64,000 bases of DNA from Eledone cirrhosa (GCA_964016885.1 OZ024745.1:110174001-110238000), one strand, 5' to 3'. Shown: positions 12,593 to 26,489, counted from the first letter of the stretch. The notes: generated by a model from the sequence alone, not told the origin. Made by a program: numbers and translations.

Positions 12593-14505
12593 AGATATAT
12601 ATATATATACATACATACACACACACACTCACATAACACCTTTTGCCCAGTTCCACTCACTAGGCATTAATTAACACGAAGCTATACAAGAAGACACTTG
12701 CACAAAATATCAATGCCATCAAAACTAGAATATGGCTGCAAAACAAAGATCTTAACTACACAACCAAATCTGCACCAATATATAGTATTACAGCATTTGT
12801 TCTGTCTCTTTAAATTCTGAGTTTAGATCCTGAAAAGATCAACTTTGCTTTTCATCCACCTAAACCTGGGATTGATTTAATCAACTTTGCCCACCCGCAA
12901 AAAAATTTGCAGTCCTATCTAAATTAGAAATTATTAGTTATTGCTGCTCATATGGTATACCTAAATTAAAATTCCCTTTTAATCTAACAGATACCCCACT
13001 GTAACTTGTGTACACACTGTGTTTTCAGCGAAAATGTATTATTGAGATGATCCATCAAACTTTCTATATAGTACTCAAGGGCCGTGCCCCAGCATGGCCT
13101 CAGCCAAATGGCTGGAACAGGTAAAAGATTAAAAGAGTACAAGAGATTATGAAATGACAATCAGTGATACATTAGTAGACAAAACCTATTCCTTATTTAC
13201 TTTGTGGATGAATCCATAACTGGAATCAACGAAGCCTGAATACAGAAAGTTAATATAGATATATATACATGATTATCATCTCTTCAGAGCCTAAATCCAA
13301 ACATATCCCAACTTCCATTACCTTCATATTTGCTACAAACAACTAAATCTATATTTGACATCCCACCATTCCTTGTCCTTTCATTTCCATTATCAATAAC
13401 CATCTCTAGTATGAGAATGTTTTGTACCACATGAAACCACAATAGCAGGAAAATATTGAAAGATAAACAAAAGTATTATGAGTGCATCACATAAACAATT
13501 AAAGCCTTTAAGCTAATACTCAAAATTTTCACAATGATCTGTCTACAAATAAATATTAAAACATTTAAGTAACAAACCTATTTTAGAGATTTTGTCCTAA
13601 ATTATTACTGGATGTTAAGAGTTAATAGAAGTAGTGTTTGGGGGTTTTGGTGAGTATTTCTCTTGCTTGTCAGAAATATACAATTTTTAGTTCCAAATAC
13701 TGATAACAAAAGCTTGTAAATGACAACCCCTAGATCTCTCAAAGAAAGGACAAAAAGAACTTATCTGAATTTGCTAAATTCAAGTGATCTGGCTCAATTG
13801 AAATACGGCAATCTTTCCATCAGCTCAGCATTTGTTTCAAAGAATTGTTTATGTAAGGATGAATTGATGTTATTTATTAAAATACCGTAATGTGTATTAC
13901 GATATATATTAGTGTATCAGGTGACTGACTTGGATATATAAATTGTGTTGTTAGGGTTTCTCTTACCATCAACCTTCATTAATACTAACAGCTTACCATA
14001 TACCGCAGGATGTAAAGTTAACATTTTAAGCCTGGGCTATCAGGGAACCCTCTGCTGTTAGCAGGGGTAATATTTAATGTTAAAATGTCATCCTGAATGT
14101 CAGCATATTTAAAGACAATAGTGTTGCAGTTGCCATAATATATAAAAGTTAGCATTACTGATTTTTATCAGAATATGCAAGTAAGATTCCAAATGCAGGT
14201 TATTATATTCAAATTATCTTTGTTTATGTGATACTATCAGATATAATACATTTTGAATAAAATTGAATTAAATTTAGCTAAAGGAAAGTTGTAGGGGATT
14301 TATTTAAGAAACTTATTTAAGAGAATTGTTATTAAAGCCATGATGCAATATGGTGGAAATTTTGAATTTATGATACCTGTTCATAATGTGCTAAAAGAGA
14401 GAATATTTTTAAAGCATGATATTACATGCAAATATTATGGCATACATTATAAAAATGCAGATCATATTTGATAATGTCACAACATTTTGTAATAAGCTAT
14501 CTTAA

Positions 14506-14942
14506 CCCTTTTGGTAGCAACTACCTGAAACCACCACCGTTTCTATGATAGTAAACTGTTTATTTTAAAGTGTTTACTTTTATCTAAAAACGTTTCATCA
14601 TATTTTTATGTTTTAACCATTTAGCATTTAAACAGGCTGCATCTGTCCAGAATCCTCTCACCTCTTTCTCTTCAAACTGGCTGTAACCAGCCACTCATAC
14701 TGATGTTTAGGTATTGTTCTCAAAATCACATAGCTTCGATATTATGTGAGCTAAAGCCTTTACTGTGAAAATACAATAGTATATATAGAGTAATGCAAAT
14801 GCTAAAGGGTTAAGTTATGTTCAAAACCCCATCTTGATAATGAGAAAGTTAATTCTATTATTAAATTGCTCCAAATTCTTGATTATTTTTTATTTGAAAA
14901 TCATCAGCAGTGCCTTTCATTAGAAATATGGTAACAAAAGGT
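14506..14942 (+). mobile_element. TTAA-flanked MITE, family B, carrying a nested family A MITE
   Basis: TTAA-CCCTTTTG...CAAAAGGT-TTAA; related pieces at 45225, 52680, 56780 and 58643. Confidence 0.7.
14617..14809 (+). mobile_element. TTAA-flanked MITE, family A (nested)
   Basis: TTAA-CCATTTAGCATT...AATGCTAAAGGG-TTAA. Confidence 0.8.
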
Positions 14943-15229
14943 TTAAGCAATACTAAATATTTGTTACTGGGGTGAATTAAAGGAAAATCGAATGATAAAG
15001 TTTGGTTTTGTCTGATTTGAGTTTTACTGCAATACTGATAAATTTCAATTACAACAAAGAGAAATTCTAAAACTGATTAAACTTAAGGAATCTCTCATTT
15101 TATAGACACCAAAATCATTGATCTAGGTTGATGTGTTATAGACTCCTGGATCAATATCTAAGTAGATTCATTATTGACTTCTGGATTATTGTCTAAATAT
15201 TCTTTAAAGACTCCTAGATCATTGCCTGT

Positions 15230-15520
15230 GGAGGTGCGTGGCCTAATGGTAAAGGTATTGGTCTTATGATCATAATGTCACGGGTTCAATTCATGGATTG
15301 GGTTGCGTGTTGTGTTCTTGAGCAAAACACTTCATTTTTATGTTTCTCCAGTATACTCAGCTGTAAATGAGTACCAGTAATAGATGGGGGTTTCACCCTG
15401 CGATGGACTAGCATCCTGTCCAGGGGGAAGTGTTGTTCTCTCAGTCGCTTCACGTCATGAAACCGAGATAAGCACCGACCTACTGAGCCTTAAATGGCTT
15501 AAGACAGACTTAAAGCTTTT
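15230..15520 (+). mobile_element. tRNA-headed SINE with CORE-like segment and V-domain-like 3' part
   Basis: A box TGGCCTAATGG, B box GGTTCAATTC, ttgagcaaaacactt core, then ccctgcgatggactagcatcctgtccaggggg...gaaaccgagataagc. Confidence 0.7.
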
Positions 15521-15891
15521 AGACTAAATCACTGTCTAAGTAATTTCCTATGCAGCCTCTTGGATCATTGGTTAATTAAATATTTCATATGTATTGTGGT
15601 TAATTAAATCAACACGCTTATTGTATTTAAATTCTTAAGGATATTTATAGATTTAAATGTCATACAGTTTTCCTGAATGTTGAATCTGTTAAAATGTGTT
15701 TCACAACAATGGCCTATGTTTTAATAGTAAAGAGATTATATTTAATTAAAATTACAATCTTGGAGGTGAGAACATTCATTATCTGGTAAAAAGACAAGGA
15801 AAACAACCCTGAAAATTCAATCAACTAAAATACTGCATTATACAAAAGTATATCAATATGTTTGAAATATATTAATATATATCTGTATACT

Positions 15892-16207
15892 GAAGGCACA
15901 TGGCTTAGTGGTTAGAGCATTGGCCTTGCAATCGAAAGGTTGTGAGTTCAATTCTCAGACCAGGTGATGTGTTGTTTCCTTGAGCAAGACACTTTATTAC
16001 AGATTGCTCCAGTTTACTCAGCTATAGAAATGAGATGATAGGGACTGGGGTCCATATCATTCCACTGTAAAGTGGTCGTGGAGGTGCCACGGCAAAAAAA
16101 GCACCCAGCACTCACTGTAAATGAGGTGACTGTAGAAATCAAGCCAGAATCAGTTCCCGTCCCACCCTTGCAAGCAGGGAAAAAGTGGGCGTAAAAGGAT
16201 GATGATA
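15892..16207 (+). mobile_element. tRNA/CORE-type SINE with RTE-derived tail
   Basis: A box TGGCTTAGTGG, B box GAGTTCAATTC, core, tail matching the RTE 3' UTR at 60710-60970, (GAT)n end. Confidence 0.85.
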
Positions 16208-16935
16208 CTGCAATATATTAGTGTTCATTAATGTATTTTCTGTAAACAAATTTTCACACTTTTTCTATTAATAATATCCAAATTAGCACCCCTCTACTCA
16301 CTTGTAACCTTTGTATCAATTTCTTTAAGTAAATCAACGAGATTAGGCAGAAAAAAAAAGGATGGCAATTTTACAACTAGTTTGTTCCTACGATGTTTTA
16401 CACACACATATAAAAAAAAAGCAAAAAAAAAGCATGAAGCATATCCTCAAGATTCATTCTACAAACAATTATATATAAACGGAAAAAGTGAAACGAAATT
16501 TCATTTCTCACTCTTAGTACGGCTGTTACTTAAATATATACGTATATGTATACATATATGTATACAGACGTACAGTAGTATGTATATATATATATATATA
16601 CATGCATGCACACATATATATATATGTTTGTATGAATTCACCGAACATTTCTTATAATGTTCCTTTGTCAGTGTTGAACAAATGAGCAACGATGGTTGCT
16701 AGACACTATACAGCTTAATTCAGGATGTTTGTTTACAACACACTGAGCAGGTGAATCCATACGTACATATATATATATATATATGTGTGCATGTATATAT
16801 ATATATATACATAGAACTGTACATCTGTATACATATATGTATGTACATATACATACTTATAAAATTATATATATATATATATATATATGAAAGACGTAAA
16901 TAAGAAAGTTATGAAAATTGACTTACTAAAATTTC

Positions 16936-17014
16936 ACTCCAACTAATTAGTTTCTGTAAGGGGATAAATATAGTTACGTAATAACTATAGAGAAGCCTTA
17001 CGTCATCAGGGAGT
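16936..17014 (-). ncRNA. Type I hammerhead ribozyme motif with long stem II, in a (TA)n-flanked remnant (16889-17197)
   Basis: acucc-CUGAUGA-cGUAAGG..UAUAGUUAuuacgUAACUAUA..CCUUACa-GAAA-cuaauuag-UU^ggagu; perfect 5-bp stem I and palindromic stem III. Confidence 0.85.
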
Positions 17015-17394
17015 CTATTCTCGGCTAAGCTTCCAGGCAATGCGGGGACACTGGGAACTTATATAAAAATAATTCAGTGGATGGAAAAAAGCGAGCGGGA
17101 CTAGATTCCAAACCCTTGAAAAATTCACTGCCTTCTTGGTCAAGTGGCAAATTCAAAAGAATTAATCACGTGACATATGTGGATATATTAATTCTTTATA
17201 TATATATATATATATATTATAAATATATATATATATATATATATAGGAATAGAGTCAGGACCCGATGGCTGAGCGTCGGCCATTTTGACAGCTTGATCCG
17301 AATTCTGGTGCGTTATGGTCCATCTGGTTCCTTACCACATATCCTTCGTTATATATAGATATATTTTTTTTAAATTAAATGAGTGGCGAGAAAT

Positions 17395-18110
17395 AAAAAA
17401 CTGGGTATATGAGGAGTGCAAGAGAGAAGATTGTGTTAATATGGACGGGTGATGTATATAAATGATGATCGTAGTAGGGTAAAGAAGAGCCAGAAAATGT
17501 CAGTGGAAGCATGTTGCAGTATAGGAAGATTAACGAAAACCTGGGCAGAGGTGGTGAGAGCTGATCTCGAAATACTGAACCTTACAGAGGGTGATGAGAG
17601 ACTGAAAGAATTAGAGGGATGCTGTACTAGAGAAGAACATTGTCTTCTTCTTTTTCTTCACCCACATATTCCTGAGAGGGTCATGGGGGCAGAGTCCTCA
17701 AATACTCCTTCCAGCAGGCCTTGTCAGAAGCAACCATCTCCAACGTGACCAGCCAAACTCATGTATACTATCCAACCATCTTGCTCTAGATCTACCCCTG
17801 GGTTTGTTCCCAGTTAGTTTTGTCCATAAAATCTGTCCAGCAATTCTTTCCTGAGACATTTTAACCACATGCCCATAGTATCGGAGCTGTGGTCTCTCAA
17901 TTATGAGAAGTAGCGGCTCTACCTGGAATGACTATGATCTCCAAGCTATGCACTCTATTGAGTAACATTACTCCAAAGACCATATGGAGGAATTCTATTT
18001 TGGCCGCTTGTATTTACAATTGTATTCTTTTGGTCATCACCCAAGACGTCTAACCCATGCAAAAATAAAAAAAATATGGGCATATAATGATGATGATGAT
18101 GATGATACAA
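17395..18110. mobile_element. Degenerate RTE 3' fragments (plus-strand copy interrupted by a minus-strand copy at ~17640-18040)
   Basis: GRLTKTWAEVVRADL resembles the RTE C-terminus; 17645-17740 is the reverse complement of 45075-45165; (GAT)n tail at 18087. Confidence 0.65.
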
Positions 18111-19006
18111 ATGTTACCTGCTATACTGAAATTTTAATTTCTATGCTATCTGTGTTTTCTATAAAAGATTCAATTTAGTCTTACTATTATTTTTACTTTT
18201 TGTTTGATTTCTTAGCAACAAAGCATTCATGATAAATATTTGGGTGTTCATTTGCAATATATAATGTGCAAGATACTTAAGAATTAGCTGAAGGACATTT
18301 TATAAATTGCTTTAGTTACCACGAAACGAAATGACAGATTTGTTCGAAAATTTATGAAAGTGCTTTTTGTTATCTTATTTCACAGATATATAAATGGCAC
18401 ATTATTGGTTTGACACAGAAAAAAACCCCATCAAAATGACAAACTAGCATGATTTCAATATAGACAAGCTGCTACATTCCTTTATTGATTAAGGTTACCT
18501 TCAAACATTACTGTCCAATTTTTCATTATTTGTTACTTGTCTTGCTGTGTGTGTGTATGTGTATATGTGTGTTTTCATGCCTATGTATGTGTAAATATAT
18601 GCGCATGCTTTAATTGAGCTGCAAAAAGAAAAAAATGTATATATAATAATTATTTGCTCCAAACAACCTTTTCAATAATTCAAATTACATATTGACTATT
18701 TAATATAGGAATCAGTTTGCCTAATTAAGGACATTGTTGTTAAAGAGCAAACAACTAATTAATTGCTGTTGTGGTTCTTACAGAGATTGGGACAGTACAA
18801 ACTGTTTGTGCACCTGTACATAACCATATGTGTGTATGTGTGTGCATATGTATATGTGTGTATGTATGTATGCATGTATGTAGGTATATATGCATGCATG
18901 TATGTATGCATGTATATTTACGTGTGTGCATGTGTATGTAAATACGTTTGTATGCATATGTAATTATATATATATGAGTGTGTGTGTGTGTGTATATATA
19001 TGTGTG

Positions 19007-19038
<32 letters not shown>

Positions 19039-19699
19039 CGTGCGTGCATGTGCATGCAGGTACCTTGTCAAAACAGGCAAATAGATAAATGTGACTAAAA
19101 TGTATACAGACAAATTTCCAAAAATATACCTTATGAAATACATGTGATATACATGTTTGTGTAGGAAAAACTGGCACACATATTTATGTGAGTATGAGCA
19201 TATATATTGATCTATACAAACATACATATACATTTCTTCTGATGATATTAATGAATAGGGAAAGAGAGAAGTCTCACATAACAATGATATAGATGCAAAG
19301 AAATGTCTATACATAACCATATCTGTATTGACAATTTGAATATTTTCACATTTGTACTGTATAGCTCGATGACAGTTGTTTGTTAATAATTGTTTAACAA
19401 ACTATTCTTATTGTATACATGTGTAAATATATATAAATACATAGATGTGTGCGTGCGTGTGAGTGAGTGAGTGAGTGTGTACATATACTGGTACCATGAT
19501 AAAATGAATACAATACATTCTGTTGAAGTAGTTTGGAATGTATGAGTTTGGTGCGGAACACTGGCCCATCTAAGAGAGTAGTTATTCTAAATAATGACTG
19601 TCTCAGACTGTGACAACATATCCAAATTATGCTAGCATGGAAAGCAAATGTAAAACAATGTTGATGACACATATGTATGTGCCTATATGCCTATATATA

Positions 19700-20066
19700 T
19701 CATCATCATCATCGTTTAACGTCTATCTTCCATGCTAGCATGAGTTTAGACGGGAATTGTCCCACTTGAGGCAAGATTAGTTGTCTTGCTCGTATAGGAC
19801 TGTCTGGCAGGTTTTCTACGGCTGGATGCCCTTCCTAACACCAACCATGTTTACAGTGTGGACTGGGAGGTTTTTACCGTGTCTCCTACACGGCCACATT
19901 ACAGTGTGGACTGTGTGTTTTTTTGTCGTGACACCTACACGACCTCATTTATTTAAGACTGGATGTTGTGGTACCAACATAACTTTACATCGAAAGGGGT
20001 GGTGTAGATGGGGGTGGGGTAGGGATAGTGGGATGGGGGTGTATTTTGGTTAAGAGGTGCCTACTG
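19700..20066 (-). mobile_element. RTE 3' UTR-only copy
   Basis: Collinear with 31780-32152, including the last ORF codons; further copies at 62900-63193, 44183-44450, 57900-58215, 24150-24435 and 34938-35260. Confidence 0.85.
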
Positions 20067-22669
20067 ATATATATGCCTATATATACACACACACACACAT
20101 ATATATAGGCAGAGGTAGGAATGCCTTCAATTATAGTAGAATCAGCCTGTTTTGGGGGTAAGCAACCACTCTCTTTAAAGGAACGATAAATAAAGTTATA
20201 GAGTCAAATAAACAAAGTTAGAGGGAAAAACAGAGACAACATCATTGACAGAGAACGTTTTAGATCATTTAAGCCAATCTTGTTTGTCTTATATTTGAAG
20301 AAAATTTAGAACACTTTAGACATATCGTAGTATAGTGTGTGACAGACAGACAAAAATATTGCAGTTATTATAATATACATTTTAAAAAAAAATACGTTCT
20401 GTTTTTGCTTAAATTCCCAGAAGGCTCTTAATTCAGCAATTCCCAATTCAAGTAAAAACTTTATAGAATGTTAATCATTTATGTGAACAATGGTAAATAT
20501 TTATTTATTTATTTATTTTGGTGGAGGGAGAATCTTATATTCTGTGATCAACTTAAGTTTAAGCTTTGCATTATTGACATAATATTTTCATTACATTTCA
20601 GTACAACTATAAACCAATAAAAATCAAAGAGATGAATAAAGTGAGAGTTTATCTGCCAAATTGTATGGAACAGTTTTCCACTAAACTTAGAGCAATGCCT
20701 TATGGACTTATGCTGCTTATTCATGTAACTTTTGTTCCATTTTGAAGATGCCACTCTTTTTTATCTTTCCTATTTTTATAGATTTTCTATGAACTTCAAT
20801 TATAGATCAATGCATTAGGTCAATTTCTGCAACATTTTCGACATCTTAAATGAACAAGTGAAAACACAGATCTCTTCGACTAAATCTCAAGTTACTGAAT
20901 AAAATTGCTTATGGTGAAAGAAGACAGAGTGACTCCAGAGAGTAAAAAAATACATTCTATTTTGTTTAAGAATAATATTGAATAAATGTAAATTAAAAAA
21001 TCCTACTACAATGTCAATAATCTCCAAGGCATACAGGACAATGGATTATCCAGCTACAGTAGAGTATTAATGTAAATACCTCATACTATTTAGACATGAA
21101 CCTATACTTTTACATACATATTCCTCATATGAAAATTATTCTCAGGCAAGTGCAATCCATCAGTGTCAAAGCAAGGATCAGGCAACACATTCTTCACTGA
21201 TATGGGTATGTAATCTGTATGGATGAGTCTTCACTGCCAAGGATAGTGATTTATGGTGAGTTAATAGAGGGTTCTCGTCAATGTGTTGGTCATAGGAATC
21301 ATTGTAAAGACTAATTAGATGCATTCTCACTGCCTATGCAATCCTTGTCAAAGATCTTCAAGGTAACAGGATAGTCGAATGTCAGTCCAACACCATCACC
21401 AGTTAATCAACTCTCCATCATTGTTGATTTGCTTTAGACGGTTTTGGTTGCTATTTCTGGCGTTAATATAAACCTGTCGTGTCTTAATACATTGAGTGGG
21501 ATATATTCATATAGTAATTCGACAACATGTCGGACACCATGCGATCAGCAACAACATGGTATGTATGAAATATATTTAACTTCATTTATTCCAAATAAAT
21601 CTTCCCCCACTGATGAAGGAATTGTAATTTTTCCAATATTGGTTATTTCTATGTCTTAGAATGGTCAATGTTGTTTTATGAATTCCAGAAACTATGGTTG
21701 GGGAACTATATGAGTAAAACTCTCTTATTTTAGTCAATCTAGCTTATATCCTCCAAAACGAGATTTTGGTTAAGGTTTTAGTATATTTTATTGCTTCAGA
21801 GTATAAATAGTAGCAAGACATTCAATCTCTTCATCCATACAACAAAAATATAAAAAATGAGACCAAATAATTTTTGTAGCAGTCTTCAACGTTATATGCA
21901 ACAAAACGTTCTTCTTTAATTTTGAGAATCACACATTAATCCCTTTAACAATATCATTTTTCCAGGATAGAAAAAAAAAACATTAAGTTTTCTACTTATA
22001 TGGTCTATTTACAAGTGGTATACAATCTGTAAATTCACCCCTCACCTCACTCCACATTCTCAGTAGCACTAGCATTGCACTTAAGAAAATCAGCTTCCCA
22101 TACACAAAAGACAAAAATCCTAGGCATTATAAACATCTTGATAACTTTCACACAACATTCAAAGGACATAAAAACTGAAACAAAAAAATAAAAGATAAAA
22201 TAACTAAGTACACTGTGATCACTAACAGACAAATATTTATACAAAATGGTTGTTATTTTTTTTTCAATTTTGTTATTTTAAATATAACATTAGCTTGCAA
22301 GCAATAGATTCTTTATAGACTATGCTGTCAGTTCAGCCCCAACCTGCATACAGCAATAAATTACAAACCATCAAAACCTCTGCTGTATCATATCAAATGT
22401 CAAAGATGCCACACATATAGACCACCTACCAAAATTGAAAGCATATCCAGTGCTGTATTTGTGGTTGTACAATGTTTAGTTGGTTACTTCCAACTAGATG
22501 ATGGGATTTACACAACATCAACAGGGGGAAGTTTCTGATATAATGGTTACTTACATAGGAAGTTAGTGATTTAATGGTAAAGACACTATAGACAATTGAC
22601 TATCAAGATTTTTGTTGTAATTATTTTGTAATTAGTGCAAGAAGGGTTAGACTTTAGATTCATAAGTTC

Positions 22670-23030
22670 CAAAACAAATATCTGTGCGAGTGTGTAACTG
22701 TGAAACATTAACATATGCACTAGGTCCGAGCACAAAGGAACCAAATTCCCAGTGTCCCTACCGCCGTCTCTCCTGCTCTCCCCATCTTTTACTATTATGA
22801 GCAAATGGGGACCCACGCACTGGCCACGCCGTGACCCTGGCGGACAGAATAGAGAAAGCGTTTCCTTGGAGGATGGTGAGGGAGATGCGCTGGAAGAACC
22901 AGTCTAGCTTGCGGGGTTCACACCTGTGGGTAGCCAACTCTGTGTCAATGGTGTGGTGGTGAGTAGGGAGGTGGCCCTAGGGCCAAGGACACCAGAAGTC
23001 TCCACTGCTATTTCCAAAACTATATTCTAT
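22670..23030 (-). mobile_element. CRE-like non-LTR retrotransposon 3' fragment (restriction-like endonuclease tail)
   Basis: Minus strand gives AVETSGVLGPRATSLL...EPRKLDWFFQRISLTILQGNAFSIL. Confidence 0.7.
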
Positions 23031-24435
23031 AAACTCACCAATCCTGTTTCTTTATCAATTCCCTTCTAACTACATAATGTTATGTGGAATAACTTTGTTT
23101 TACTATATTTTATCATATTAAAGGGTCACAAATGATCATGGATGATTCACCTAGAAAGTTTCACTCTGTGGCTCAAGCCTGGACAAGGTGTGATAAGAGT
23201 CACAAATCTGTAACTGAATAATTTGTCTTATTTCACACAAAAGATAATTTAAAACATGGAACACATAAAAAATATGAACATGATCCAATTTTCTTTCTTC
23301 TCACTAACCAACAATTTTGATAATTGGCCACAAATTTTGAATTCATCTTTAAGAATATTCTTATGTCAGCTTGTCTATGTTAAAACCTAAATTATTATTT
23401 TTTTTTTTTGCAATTTTCTATCTTAAAGAAGAAATTTGAAGAAAAACATTTTCTGTAGTAGTAGTTATGGTGAATACATTATCTTCAAGTTTAGAAATCA
23501 AAATTGAATGGAGATAATATAGATAATATGAGGTCTCATCAGTGTGGCCTAGCATGTGACAACCTTTCTAGTATTGGTGCTAGAATAAAATACATTCAGT
23601 ACCCTAAAGTGTTAAAGTTAGTGCCACAATAAAATGCAACCTGCACACCCAGTAAGTTGGTTGGCATTAAGAAGGGCATCTAGTCACAGAAACCATGTCA
23701 AATATGGAATGTAATGAACAACCTGTCTTTACTGAAACCATGAAAACCCATCAAACCTATGTCAGTATGAAAAAGATGTAAAATGAGGATGATGATCATC
23801 ATCATGATAGCATGGGAGATGTACTGAAAGAATCAGTCCAGCTTCCAGATCTTGTCATCGCAAATGGCTCAAGGACACAAGACACCAGATGTTCCAACTG
23901 CTTATAGTTTCACCAACTAATAGTATAGTCAACATATGATCATAAACATCTATCCAGTTGATATTTCACCTATATAGATATTTTATATATAACTTCATCT
24001 TATCTTCTCTGACATCAAAATGAAAATGATAGGAATAAAGTTAGGATTAAAATAATAGAGCATCTCATTCAGGATGTATCTAGAATGATCCAATTGAATT
24101 GGCTATAATATTGATTCTTTCAGTGTAGAATTGGTAATAATCAATTAATTCCAGCCCACACCCAAAAGTGGTCATGATGGCAACATGACAAAAAGCACTC
24201 AGCCTACACTGTAAATGATCATGTAGGTCTTATGACAAAAAGCACCCAGTCCACACTGTAAAGTGATTGTGAAGGCGATATGGCAAAAAGTACCCAGCCC
24301 ACATTTTAAAGTAGTCATGTAGATGTCACAACAAAAAGCACCCAGTACTCACTGTAAATGAGGTTGGTGCTAGGAAGGGCATCCAGCTGTAGAAACCAAG
24401 CCAAAATTAGTTCTGTATGAGCAAGACATGGTCAC

Positions 24436-25911
24436 CTGCAACAGTGGCACATCTAAATAGCATCCTGAGGACTGGCTGCACTAATGGTACATCTGGAGTG
24501 GCACCCCAACGACTGGCTGCACTAGTGGCACATCTAGTGTGACACCCCAATGACTGGTTGCACCAGTGGTACATCTAGAGTGAACCCCAATGACTGGCTG
24601 CACCAGTGGCACCCCAACGACTGGTTGCACCAGTGACACATCTAGAGTGAACCCTAATGACTGGCTGCACGAGTGGCACTAGAATGACACCCCAACGACT
24701 GGCTGCACCAGTGGCACATCTAGAGTGAACCCCAATGACTGGCTGCACCAGTGGCACCCCAACGACTGGTTGCACCAGTGACACATCTAGAGTGAACCCT
24801 AATGACTGGCTGCACGAGTGGCACTAGAATGACACCCCAACGACTGGCTGCACCAGTGGCACATCTAGAGTGAACCCCAATGACTGGCTGCACCAGTGGC
24901 ACCCCAACGACTGGTTGCACCAGTGACACATCTAGAGTGAACCCTAATGACTGGCTGCACCAGTGACACTAGAATGACACCCCAACGACTGGCTGCACCA
25001 GTGGCACATCTAGAGTGACATTCCAGCGACTGGCTGTACCAGTGGCACATCTAGAGTGGCACCCCAGCTACTGGCTGCCCCAGTGGCACCACAACGACTG
25101 GCTGTACCAGTGGCACATCTAGAGTGGCACCCCAGCTACTGGCTGCACCAGTGGCACCACAACGACTGGCTGCCCCAGTGGCACATCTAGAGTGGAACCC
25201 CAGCTACTGGCTGCCCCAGTGGCACCACAACGACTGGCTGCCCCAGTGGCACATCTAGAGAGAACCCCAACGACTTGCTGCACCAGTGGCACATCTAGAG
25301 TGGCACCCCAGCTACTGGCTGCCCCAGTGGCACCACAACGACTGGCTGCACCAGTGGCACATCTAGAGTGGCACCCCAGCTACTGGCTGCCCCAGTGGCA
25401 CCACAACGACTGGCTGTACCAGTGGCACATCTAGAGTGGAACCCCAACGACTGGCTGCACCAGTGGCACATCTAGAGAGAACCCCAATGACTGGCTGCAA
25501 CAGTGGCACCCCAACGACTGGCTGTACCAGTGGCACCCCAACGACTGGCTGCACCAGTGGCACATCTAGAGTGGAACCCCAATGACTGGCTGCAACAGTG
25601 GCACCCCAACGACTGGCTGCCCCAGTGGCACATCTAGAGTGGCACCCCAGCTACTGGCTGCCCCAGTGGCACCACAACGACTGGCTGTACCAGTGGCACA
25701 TCTAGAGTGGCACCACAACGACTGGCTGTACCAGTGGCACATCTAGAGTGGAACCCCAACGACTGGCTGCACCAGTGGCACATCTAGAGAGAACCCCAAT
25801 GACTGGCTGCAACAGTGGCACCCCAACGACTGGCTGTACCAGTGGCACCCCAACGACTGGCTGCACCAGTGGCACATCTAGAGTGGCACCACAACGACTG
25901 GCTGCCCCAGT
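24436..25911. repeat. GC-rich minisatellite of 27-bp and 38-41-bp units with a 145-bp higher-order repeat
   Basis: Units AACGACTGGCTGCACCAGTGGCAC(ATCTAGAGTGGCAC)CCC; ORF-track stops recur at 24575, 24720 and 24865. Confidence 0.95.
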
Positions 25912-26489
25912 TGTAGGAATGTGATTGATTGCTCCTATCATGTGTCACATCAGAATAACAGTTATAATTTATCAACTCCAAACATTACAATTGTATTCAC
26001 ATTTTAACAATGTTTATTATATGAAACAAATAAATGGTTGTTCATTTTTTACTAGATATTTTTATGTTGTACAAAACATGCTATCAGTTTTTAATTTTCT
26101 TTTTATATATAAAATAGTTAGGGTAATAATTCTTTAAGAAAATTATTTTTGAAAAAAATCCATCATAATTGATTTTAATTTAATTGTTGTTACTATCAAC
26201 AGATTAATTTCTTATTTCAGAAAATAAAGTTAATTATTGGAAAATATCTTATGACAGATAAAGTTTAAATTCCCAATTATTTGACTCCTTGAATTTTGTT
26301 GGTAGTTTTTTCTGGTCTTTATTTTATTTTACAAACTGAAGAAGGAAACAAATAAAATTATGGGGAGTTTAAATCAAATATAGTGTTAAACTAAAATATT
26401 TAAAGAAAATAATTAATGAATGGGAGTTAATTTTTTAAATAAATCTTATTAATACATTGAACCTTTTCTGTCTTTCACATTAGTGTGTG

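Noticed and set aside
15892-15965. tRNA gene
   Set aside because: A and B boxes continue into SINE core and tail; multi-copy SINE head.
21148-21207. AG...GT-bounded ~60-bp possible exon
   Set aside because: Weak acceptor, no recognisable peptide, no partner exons.
21603-21645. cCTGATGAaggaat...ttcc possible decayed hammerhead
   Set aside because: GAAA core absent; not supportable without homologues.
24436-25911. CRISPR-like or repeat-protein reading of the minisatellite
   Set aside because: No unique spacers, no cas genes, eukaryotic context; mixed unit lengths break all frames.
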